DNA of 64,000 bases from Bacteroidota bacterium (lineage in GTDB: Bacteria; Bacteroidota; Bacteroidia; AKYH767-A; 2013-40CM-41-45), in contig JANLPR010000108.1 in the NCBI GenBank assembly GCA_031367345.1, positions 1,213 through 65,212 of the forward strand, written 5' to 3'. The position numbers and the translations under genes were made by a program. The notes below the pieces were generated by a model, which saw only the letters and a program-made list of their open reading frames with translations, ran no database searches and had not been told where the DNA came from. The stretch's first letter is position 1. Each line of letters begins with the position of its first letter. Positions 1 to 9,000 of this stretch are shown one piece after another.

Positions 1-311
1 TGTGCAATGATACTAAAAAAAGTCGTTCATTCTCCCAATTTTTAGCGCCTTTTCTGCTTTTTTTAGTGGATTAACCACTATTTCAACGTGTTGAATTTAC
101 CTCGCCTTCCAATTGCTTGCCTTGTGATCTATTTTCCTCGCTCTATTTTCCTTCATATTCTACTCGTTCACTTTCTTCGCTCCTTCTATTGCTAGCTTTT
201 CTCTTCTCCATTCTTTGCGTTTTAATCCCCGATCTCTATTCCTCCCCAAGCATTTTAATCTACTCACCACTTATTATTGAATTCACCCCGCTTCAAAACT
301 ACATTGAATGT

Positions 312-2459
312 ATGAAGCACTTTTCTTTTTCTTCCTTAAAAATATTTTTTGTAGTTGGAATTATTTTCAACGCAAACTATTTCTCCTTTGCGCAAAATAA
401 TTTCGTTCGCCAATGGGATCATCGGTACGGAGGAACGGCAAACGATAAACTCCAAGTTTTTTTTCCTACGTCCGATCATGGATTTTTTATTGGCGGATCT
501 TCTTTGTCGTCTAACGATGGAAATAAATCGCAACCTTCTCGCGGAGGTCTCGACTACTATGTAATCAAAACGGATTCGCTCGGATTAAAAATATGGGATG
601 CACGCTTCGGTGGTTCGCTCGACGATGAACTTACTTCTGCGCATCAAACTTCCGATGGCGGATTTATTCTCGGTGGCTCTTCTCGCTCTAACAATAACGG
701 CGATAAGTCGCAGTCGAATTGGGATAATACTACTCATAATTACAACGACTACTGGATTGTAAAAATTGATGCTGCAGGAAATAAACAGTGGGACAAACGT
801 TTCGGTGGTATTTACGACGACAAAATGAATGCAGTTATTCAAACCAATGATGGCGGTTTTCTTCTTGGCGGCTATTCTGAATCGACGGCCTCCGGCGATC
901 GCACTGAAACAACTCGAGGTGGTCCCGATTATTGGATCGTGAAAACGGATGCTAGCGGAAATAAACAATGGGACAAACGCTTCGGTGGAAATCGTAACGA
1001 ACAACTAACTTCACTCATCCAAACGTTCAACGGAAATTTTGTTCTCGGTGGTTTCACTTGGTCTGATCCCGTAGGCGACAATACTCAAAGTTGTCGTGGC
1101 CCTGTTACTACTTGCGATTATTGGGTGGTGAAAGTTAGCGCGACAGGAAATAAAATTTGGGACAAACGTTACGGCGGTGCTGCTAACGACAATCTTATTT
1201 CACTTTCAGAATGCAACGATCACGGATTAATTATTGGTGGTTATTCGTATTCTTCTTCCGGAAATGAAAAAACAGATCCGAACAATGGTGCTGTAAACAC
1301 TGCCGATTTTTGGATTATCAAAACAGATGTTGATGGAAATAAAAAATGGGATAAAACAATTGGTGGAAATATGAATGAAGATGAGTTTGGGAAAATTTAT
1401 CAGGCGAACGATGGTGGTTATTTTCTTTCCGGCGCTTCTTATTCCGGCACTAATGGCGACAAAACAGAAATCAATTTAGGTGCAGAACAAAGCTGGGTGG
1501 TTAAACTCGATGAGTCGGGAAATGTAAAATGGGACAAAACAATTTTTAATCCGGGCCACGATGAAAAAGGGTTTGGTTATTTATTAAATGATGGAAGTAT
1601 CGTTCTTGCAAATTATTCTAACGGAGCAATTGGTGGATATAAAACCGAAGACGATTTTGATGCAAACCATATTACTTACGATCTGTGGATCGTAAAACTT
1701 CAAAATGCTGTTCCGCCAGTTGCCGATTTTATCGCATCGAACCAAACTGTTTGTTGCAACACGTGCATCAATTTTATCGATCGTTCAGTACACGCTACCT
1801 CGTATCATTGGATCTTTCAAGGTGCCTCCGTTGTAAATAATTTTTCATCGTCGCCAACAAATGTTTGTTATTATGTTCCGGGTAATTATGATGTAACATT
1901 GATTGTCTCAAACGATTTTGGCAGTGATACCGTTGTCATGACAAATTACATTCATGTGCTTAACAGGCCTCCGGCAATTCAAATTACGCAGATAGGAGAT
2001 ACACTGTTTGCTCCGCAAGGATTTGCTTCTTACCAATGGTATTTTCAAAACTCGCAAATTGTTTTTGCTAATCGATATTATTATGTGATACAGCAAAGCG
2101 GAAATTATAGTGTATCAGCTTTCGATATCAACGATTGTGTAAGTTCTGCGGAGGTAAAATTTGTGACTACAGGAATTGAACATCTCGATCTTTCAAAAGC
2201 TGCAATGCAAGTTTTTCCAAATCCGGCGCACGATAATTTTGTGGTGAGTTTTCATTTTCCGGATCGAAGAAAATCTGTAACTATAAATATTTACAACGAA
2301 CTCGCTTCACTTGTTTTGCATGATGTTGTGAATTTATCTGATAATGATCTTGAATATATTATTAATTGTTCTTCCTGGAAAAACGGAATTTATTTGATCA
2401 CACTCGATAATGGTTTTGAACTGATCACGAAGAAAATAATCGTTGATCGTGAAAGATGA
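312..2459 (+). CDS. Secreted beta-propeller-like repeat protein with PKD domain and T9SS C-terminal sorting domain
   Basis: ORF 117..2459. The first 65 codons translate a pyrimidine-rich tract from a TTG, so I moved the start to ATG 312, which gives signal peptide MKHFSFSSLKIFFVVGIIFNANYFSFAQ. About 8 copies of a ~60-aa unit (DYWIVK.D..GNK.WDKRFGG ... DGGF.LGG.S.S). PKD-like segment (VADFIAS...GNYDVTLIVSNDFGSDT). C-terminal FPNPAHDNF...GIYLITL...KKIIV typical of type A T9SS CTDs. Confidence 0.8.
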   Translation: MKHFSFSSLKIFFVVGIIFNANYFSFAQNNFVRQWDHRYGGTANDKLQVFFPTSDHGFFIGGSSLSSNDGNKSQPSRGGLDYYVIKTDSLGLKIWDARFGGSLDDELTSAHQTSDGGFILGGSSRSNNNGDKSQSNWDNTTHNYNDYWIVKIDAAGNKQWDKRFGGIYDDKMNAVIQTNDGGFLLGGYSESTASGDRTETTRGGPDYWIVKTDASGNKQWDKRFGGNRNEQLTSLIQTFNGNFVLGGFTWSDPVGDNTQSCRGPVTTCDYWVVKVSATGNKIWDKRYGGAANDNLISLSECNDHGLIIGGYSYSSSGNEKTDPNNGAVNTADFWIIKTDVDGNKKWDKTIGGNMNEDEFGKIYQANDGGYFLSGASYSGTNGDKTEINLGAEQSWVVKLDESGNVKWDKTIFNPGHDEKGFGYLLNDGSIVLANYSNGAIGGYKTEDDFDANHITYDLWIVKLQNAVPPVADFIASNQTVCCNTCINFIDRSVHATSYHWIFQGASVVNNFSSSPTNVCYYVPGNYDVTLIVSNDFGSDTVVMTNYIHVLNRPPAIQITQIGDTLFAPQGFASYQWYFQNSQIVFANRYYYVIQQSGNYSVSAFDINDCVSSAEVKFVTTGIEHLDLSKAAMQVFPNPAHDNFVVSFHFPDRRKSVTINIYNELASLVLHDVVNLSDNDLEYIINCSSWKNGIYLITLDNGFELITKKIIVDRER

Positions 2460-2568
2460 TATGTAAAGAATGTTTTGGCATATTAAATTATTATCGACTT
2501 TATAAAGCCGGATCGATTGCCGCCCATTTTTATTTTGGTTCGGTCTAGGTTGGTGCTTGCATTTTCTT

Positions 2569-2603
2569 TCTGCGTTTATCTGCGGATTCTGCGGGAGAAA
2601 AAA
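2569..2603 (+). repeat. Dispersed TCTGCGG-periodic repeat, copy A
   Basis: tctgcgtttatctgcggattctgcgggagaaaaaa. By hand alignment, 31 of 35 positions are identical to copy B at 53760-53794. Lies in the intergenic region downstream of the 312..2459 gene. Confidence 0.7.
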
Positions 2604-2732
2604 TTGAATAAATAATTTCCAACAAATCAAATTAAGTAAAATTATTTACAGAGAGATGTCAGTTAATTTACCTGAAACATGCCGAGTATTTAACTAAACC
2701 ACTATCTTCGTTCAATATTTATAAATTAATTA

Positions 2733-3767
2733 ATGAAGAAGTCGAATTATATTTTTCTTGTCGTGATCGGAATTACATTGAGCTCATGTTTCAAACCTTT
2801 TCATCAATTCTCGCATTACACTCCTCCTCCAAAACCGAATTATGACGTAGATAAAAACTGGGCCGCTTTGCCTGATAGAAAGGATAGTGCCGATGCTGTG
2901 CCGTTGAACAGCACAGAAAAAGACAATCAAAGTAGTGCAAAGGTCGATGTGTTTTATATATATCCGACACTCAATTTCAGCCAAGCCGGATGGAATGCAA
3001 AAGTTGATGATAAAAAATTGAACAAGCGAGTAGACAAATATCCGATTCGAATGCAGGCCAGTGTGTTTAATGGAAGTTGCAAAGTCTATTCGCCTCGTTA
3101 TCGCCAAGCAACATTTGCTTCGTTCTTAGTGAAGAAAGGTGATGACGGGAAACTCGCTTTAGATCTCGCTTATCAAGATGTAAAAGCCGCGTTTGATTAT
3201 TATTTAAAGAATTACAATCATGGACGTCCATTTATTATTGCCGGACATTCACAAGGTAGCCGCCATGCATATCGATTGCTCAATGAATTCATCAATAAGA
3301 ATGATACGTTGAGAAAAAAAATGATTGCGGCGTATGTAATTGGATTTAGTACGAATGAAAAATTTTCGGCCATTCCTTCGTGCGATTCTGCAAGTCAAAA
3401 TGGATGTTTGATAAGTTGGAATACGTATAAGTGGGGTGCAACAACAGAAAATAAATATTTAGGACAAAATATTTATTGTACAAATCCATTGTCGTGGAAG
3501 TGCGACACTACTTATATTTCATCAACAAAAAACTTAGGAGGAGTCGATAGAGATTTTAAATTAATTCCGAATGCTTGTGATGCTCAAGTTGTAAATGGGA
3601 TTGTATGGGTGCACAAACCTAAGCAAGGCCGTTTTGTAAAGTTTATGAAAAATTATCATATAAGTGACTACAGTTTGTTTTATATGAACATTCGCGAAAA
3701 TGTGGCAACACGTGTTAAGGAGTATTTAAAAATTAATTCCGGTGATCAAGTTCAAAGCAGAAATTAA
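2733..3767 (+). CDS. DUF3089-like alpha/beta-hydrolase lipoprotein
   Basis: Signal peptide with lipobox-like LSSC. Nucleophile elbow GHSQGS. Size and overall pattern match the DUF3089 family as I remember it; not searched. Confidence 0.65.
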   Translation: MKKSNYIFLVVIGITLSSCFKPFHQFSHYTPPPKPNYDVDKNWAALPDRKDSADAVPLNSTEKDNQSSAKVDVFYIYPTLNFSQAGWNAKVDDKKLNKRVDKYPIRMQASVFNGSCKVYSPRYRQATFASFLVKKGDDGKLALDLAYQDVKAAFDYYLKNYNHGRPFIIAGHSQGSRHAYRLLNEFINKNDTLRKKMIAAYVIGFSTNEKFSAIPSCDSASQNGCLISWNTYKWGATTENKYLGQNIYCTNPLSWKCDTTYISSTKNLGGVDRDFKLIPNACDAQVVNGIVWVHKPKQGRFVKFMKNYHISDYSLFYMNIRENVATRVKEYLKINSGDQVQSRN

Positions 3768-4251
3768 AAAATTTGCAAAGAAAGGGGAGAAGTCCGGTTG
3801 GTCATACGTGGAGATCTCTTCCACGCAAGCCAACAAAATTAAACCCGACACTAAAAAATCGTTTCGTGTAAAAGGAATGATTGATCACCAATCAATTTCT
3901 TCTTTGGCATTATTTCCGATGGGTAATGGAGCATTCATTTTGCCACTGAAAACTGAACTTCGAAAAAAGTTAGGGAAAGATACAGGCGATAAGGTCGAAC
4001 TGCAATTGGAGGTCGATACAAAAGTTTATCAAATGAATAAGGAGCTTATGCTTTGTTTAAAAGAAGAGCCGGAAGCCAATAGTAAATTTAATAAACAGCC
4101 ATTATCCTATAGAAAATATTATTCTAAATGGGTCGAGACTGCAAAGACAACTGAAACCAAAGCCCGGAGAATTGGTGCAATCATGAATGGGATGATTGGC
4201 GGTTTAACTTTTCCGGAGATAATGAAGTTGTCGAGTAGTTTAAAAAAGTAA
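3742..4251 (+). CDS. YdeI/OmpD-associated family protein with N-terminal DUF1905-like domain
   Basis: GTG start overlapping the upstream gene by 26 nt. N-terminus KFKAEIKKF...GWSYVEIS...FRVKGMID...PMGNGAFILPLK is typical of DUF1905. C-terminal helical YdeI-like part (NKQPLSYRKYYSKWVETAKTTETKARRI). Confidence 0.7.
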   Translation: MIKFKAEIKKFAKKGEKSGWSYVEISSTQANKIKPDTKKSFRVKGMIDHQSISSLALFPMGNGAFILPLKTELRKKLGKDTGDKVELQLEVDTKVYQMNKELMLCLKEEPEANSKFNKQPLSYRKYYSKWVETAKTTETKARRIGAIMNGMIGGLTFPEIMKLSSSLKK

Positions 4252-4379
4252 TTTGTTTTCAATCAATTCGATTTTATTTGTTGAAAAAAGTATGTCGTGT
4301 TCATTTTTTCTGGTATTGTTTTATTTATTATTGCTCTTGGAAATTATTCCGCAACCATTTTTCTAATGCAGCAATATAA

Positions 4380-5432
4380 TTGAAGAAGCATTTATTTTTC
4401 GTTTTTTTATTGGGGGTAATTTCGGCCACTGTAAATGCACAGTTCGATAGTTTATATGCAGTTCGGTATCCTGAAAAGCTTGGAATTAGTATTTTTCAAA
4501 GTAAGCCATCGTACAATATTAATATTTCTCAAAAATTGTCGAAAGATTCGTTGGGATTGTCGCCAATGAATTACTCAACTCTCAACAAAAATGTAACAGG
4601 ATTTGGTTTTTTCTATGACAAGATTTCACTCTTCGTAGGTTTTAAAACGCCACTTGATCATAGTGAAAGAATTCGAAAGGGAAGAACGAACTATACTCAG
4701 TTAGCATTGGCAATTACCGGAGTGAAAATTCGAATAGAGGCGAGCTATAGAAACTACAAGGGCTTTTATGATAATAATTCGGTAAACTATATTCCTGATT
4801 TTTCTGATACGACAAAATATTTTCAGAATACCGACATGAAAAATCATTCGCTTCGACTCAAGGCGTTTTATTTTTTTAATAAGAAAAAAAGATTTAGTTA
4901 TGGAGCAGCTTATGTGAATAATGTTCGTCAACTAAAATCAGCAGGGTCGTTAGTAGTAGTTAGCAATTTGTATTTATATGGTATCAATGCTCCGACAATA
5001 GTTTCTGAACAAATTTCAAAATACTATGTGCCATGGAATAAATGGAATTCTTTTAGTGTTACTGCCTTAACGGCCGGACTAGGTTATACTCATACATTCA
5101 CTATTTTTAAAAGAGCATTTCTAAACGTGTTGTTTTCACTTGGAGTTGAAGAGCAGCATGTAGTAGCCAAATCAATTGAAACCGGTCAAGTGTATAATGT
5201 TTATCGAATGCAGTTGAGTGCGTATGATCTCAGGTCATCTCTAGGGTTTAATTCGTCTTCCTTTTATATATCGTTGCAAAATATTATAGATGGCAATAGT
5301 TATCGTTTGCCACAATTCGATGTTGGGAATGTTTACGTGTCTACGTTCTTAAACATTGGCTATCGGTTTAAAGTAAAAACGCCTTCGTTTTATAAAAAAA
5401 TTCAAACAAGTAAATTTTATCGGTCTATTTAA
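4380..5432 (+). CDS. Putative outer-membrane beta-barrel protein (DUF4421-like)
   Basis: TTG start. Signal peptide MKKHLFFVFLLGVISATVNAQ. Alternating hydrophobic/aromatic strand-like segments throughout. Family name is from memory only. Confidence 0.5.
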   Translation: MKKHLFFVFLLGVISATVNAQFDSLYAVRYPEKLGISIFQSKPSYNINISQKLSKDSLGLSPMNYSTLNKNVTGFGFFYDKISLFVGFKTPLDHSERIRKGRTNYTQLALAITGVKIRIEASYRNYKGFYDNNSVNYIPDFSDTTKYFQNTDMKNHSLRLKAFYFFNKKKRFSYGAAYVNNVRQLKSAGSLVVVSNLYLYGINAPTIVSEQISKYYVPWNKWNSFSVTALTAGLGYTHTFTIFKRAFLNVLFSLGVEEQHVVAKSIETGQVYNVYRMQLSAYDLRSSLGFNSSSFYISLQNIIDGNSYRLPQFDVGNVYVSTFLNIGYRFKVKTPSFYKKIQTSKFYRSI

Positions 5433-5453
5433 TTTTAGGTGAATTAAACTAAA

Positions 5454-5482
5454 AATGGTTTGCAAATATTATGCAAACCATT
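5454..5482. terminator. Bidirectional intrinsic terminator hairpin between convergent genes
   Basis: Perfect 11-bp stem aatggtttgca / tgcaaaccatt with a 7-nt loop. A-run on the left and T-rich sequence on the right. Sits between stop 5432 (+) and stop 5493 (-). Confidence 0.7.
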
Positions 5483-5492
5483 TCCTTAAATT

Positions 5493-5813
5493 TTATTTTT
5501 TTCTTGGAGGCCGTCCTCTTCCTTTTTTCTTTTTAACTGATCCTGCAGGTCTTCCTGCTTTACTTTTTTTCGATCCCGGTGGTCTGCCCGGTTTTCTTTC
5601 TGGAATGCCTGGCGGTCTACCCGGGCCACGCTTTCCTGATTTTGCAGTTGAATTTTTTGCAATGCTTCCAGGAGGTCTTCCCGGACCTTTACGTGGATTC
5701 TGTAAATCTTTTCTGTTAATTAAAATAGTTAGTTTCGATTCTATGCTCCGAAGAGATTCAACAAGTTCTAGTATCCCTTCAACTAAAGAGCTTTTTGTTT
5801 TTGGTCGTGCCAT
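5493..5813 (-). CDS. Small basic protein with five AT-hook-like GRP repeats
   Basis: 106 aa. A helical-looking N-terminal 40 aa is followed by RKGPGRPPGS, GKRGPGRPPGI, ERKPGRPPGS, SKAGRPAGS and KKGRGRPPRKK. The terminator hairpin lies immediately after the stop. The opposite-strand ORF 5455..5817 starts inside that hairpin and is a shadow. Confidence 0.7.
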   Translation of the reverse strand: MARPKTKSSLVEGILELVESLRSIESKLTILINRKDLQNPRKGPGRPPGSIAKNSTAKSGKRGPGRPPGIPERKPGRPPGSKKSKAGRPAGSVKKKKGRGRPPRKK

Positions 5814-6087
5814 ATGATTTAAATTCTATGAATAAAATTTATGAATTCCAAAAGTAGGAACTATAAAATGAAAATCATCCAAAAAACGTTAAATTATTTT
5901 GAAGAAAAACCGTCATTCATTTTTTTAAATAGAGAATTGTCAATGCGAACGACAAAAAGGGGATTTAACACCTCAACTTTTATTAATCAATAAATTTTCA
6001 ACTGGAATTAAAAAAGTAAATACAGTTTTCCGCAAACTAGAATTCCAATTAAATGGATTACTAATATTAGTTGCGAGAGGGGTTTAA

Positions 6088-9000
6088 TTATTTTTTCACA
6101 AACCAGGCCTTGGTTGAGGAATCTTGATTTGTTACAAGCAAATAATAAACGCCATCCGGAATTTCTTTCATTTCGAGAGAAGAATTGGTAAGTCCTGCTT
6201 TTAATTGTAGGTGGTCTTCGTAAATTACTCTTCCAGTAATATCGATTACTTTGAGATTGATATCTCCTCCGGTAGTTTCTAATAGATAGTTCAATTTTTC
6301 TTGAACAGGATTCGGATAAATAGAAAGCCCAAAAACTTTTTCGTTGATCTTTACCGCAACAGGTTCTGAATATGAAAATCGTCCATCGTAATCGGTTTGT
6401 TTTAATCGATAGTAGATAATTCCATTTCCCGGATTTTTATCTAGAAAAGAATACCGATTTTCAATGGTAGAGTTCCCGGCACCAATAACAATACCGACCG
6501 ATTTAAATTGGTTTGCATCGTAACTTCTTTCAACGGTGAAATAATTATTATTTGTTTCTGATGCTGTAGTCCAAAAAGTTAGTACGCCTTCTGATTTTGC
6601 TTTAGCATCAAAACTCAATAGCTCAATTGGTAATGGCGAATTAGATTGTGCAGTTGCAAAATCTGCATCGAAGCCAATCATGCCTGTGCGTTGAGTACCT
6701 GTAACTGTATTTGTCATTACACAGCTACCATCAAGGACCCAAGGGCCAGAAGTAACCGGAATCCTTTTCATTACTGTCCAACCTCCGGGAGAAGCGACGT
6801 TCGTATAATTGGTATTATATAATGTCATGTCATAAGTTCCGGTCGAGTTATTCGATAATGAGTTGAATGTCCAAAATCCATTGTTCAATGCAGGATTTAA
6901 TGAATAGTTTGCAAACGTGCATTCGCTACTAACCGGACCACTAGGAACAACACCCCACGAAGTAAAGAATGCAAGCAATTCGGGAATTTGAGTAGGGGCA
7001 GTAAAATCAACTGACGCACGTTGATAAGCTTTGGCTGCATTACCAACGGGAAAGTCATAAACCCCTAAAGCGTTCGCATTTAAAATACGACGCAAATTTC
7101 CTTCTACATAACTGGTCGTGTTGCCGGGTGTTACTGCAGCATTCGCAGGATTTAAAACATATACTTGTTTTGCATTGGTAATTATTTTTCCTTTTGTAAG
7201 TGTTAGAACTCCTCCAACTCTCAAGTCATTGAACACACCAACTCCTAAGTTCAAAGCGTTATTTGTACTTTGAATCATGTCGATATCAAAAAACGTTACA
7301 TAGTCTGTTCCAAGATTAGTGTATGTTTGATTTACATTTCCGTAAAAAGAGTATTTACCTGCAAGCATCGGCGATAAATGATTAGTAGGGCCATCTTGTA
7401 TGAAAAAGTTTTTTCCGATTTGGATGTTTTTATTATTGGGATCAAAAAAGCCAACTTTCAAAGAATCATTTTCTTTTATATCAATATCGTTATTGATCAA
7501 TAGTGTTCCCGAAATTTTTTGCATTGTAAAATTTGCAAAAGCATTGATACCTGTTAGTGAGCCGGTAACTTGTTGTAGTGCGCTTCCCACAAATTTTACG
7601 GTAGATCCGGGCAATGTGATTAACCGACCATTGTTTGTAAAGTTGCCACAAACAGAAAGAGTCACATTGGAATTGATCGTTAGAGTAGATCCGGCATTGA
7701 TGGTAATATTTTTTACGGTTTGATTAAATGCGACTACGGGTTGGTTAATAGAAGCATTCGTAACTATTGCGTCAACTGAGCAATCTGGAATTGCACAAGA
7801 ACCCCAATTAGATGAAACGCCCCAGCTGCTGTTGGTCCCGCCGCTCCATGAAAGAGGCGAAACAGGAACGGCGTAGTTTATTGGATCAGGAGCTCCGGTA
7901 AAATTCATTGTAAAGCCGGATGTGCTATTTGTATAATTTGAAACGAACAGCAAATACACTTGTCCAACTGTAACAGTTATTGCAGGTTCATAAGAAGTGT
8001 TATAACCGGGATATGCACCTGGAGAATTTCCTGTGCCGCTTACTCCTGTAACACCAAGTGCGCTGTAGTTGCAACGTACAGGTGCATTGGAACCTAACTG
8101 TGAGCATTGAATTCCACTCATACCAATTTCCCAAATAGCGAAGTCGTAATCGGTACTCACAGTACTGGGTGCTCCTAACCAATCATTGGGTATAATATCA
8201 AATTCTAGATTTCCATTGGTACCAATTGGAATAATATACCAAGACCCTGACCGTTCTCCGGAAAGAAGACAATTTAAACTACTTCCAAAATCGCATGCAT
8301 TACCGAAAGCTGTGAATCCGGGATTTGCAACACTAATCGAATTGGAACAAACAGGTAATGGCTGTGTACAGTCTTGACCATAAACAGGAGGCAAACCAAT
8401 TGCTCCATCAACTGCCATTATTCCAAATGTTCCGGTTCGGTCATTGGCGCCATCTACTCTTATATAATATGTTTGTCCAGGGGTCAAGCCGCTCACAGTT
8501 ATTTGTGAGTTGTAAATGGTATTTACTCCACAAACAATATTGTCATTACATGACGAGCTATTAGGTGCAGCTTGAACTAATGCATTACATGCACCGGAGT
8601 ACAATGCTATCTGTGTATTAGAAAGAGTTCCTAAAAATGTTTTGATGATCAAACTAGTTCCTGTTGGAACTACGGTGTACCAAACAGTATTAAGTGCGCC
8701 TGTTGTCCAACACGACGGAGCGCCGGGTTCTAATGCGCTACCTGTACAGCTGTTGTCTCCATTTATATTTGTGTTCAAAGGAAGACTTATTGCATTACAT
8801 GGAAGATCATTGGTAATTGATCCCGCAACGGATGTAATATTTAGTGAATACGTAAGAACTGTTGGAGGTGCCCAACTGTCAACAATAATATAGTATGTCC
8901 CGGCATTAGGTAATGAAAAATTTCCGGTAACATTTCCACCACCAACGAAGCCCAAGCAATTTGCTCCTGCAGATCCCGGACAATTTTCATAAACTTGAAA

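Noticed and set aside
117-311. N-terminal 65 codons of ORF 117..2459
   Set aside because: They start at a TTG and translate a pyrimidine-rich tract into an S/L/F/P-rich sequence. A proper ATG with a classic signal peptide follows at 312.
2334-2630. Minus-strand 98-aa ORF
   Set aside because: It overlaps the 3-prime end of the T9SS cargo gene and repeat copy A. It is likely spurious.
5455-5817. Plus-strand 120-aa ORF with GGLPG repeats
   Set aside because: It is the mirror image of the AT-hook gene and begins inside the terminator hairpin. It has a hydrophobic, low-complexity composition. The minus-strand reading gives a coherent basic protein followed by a terminator.
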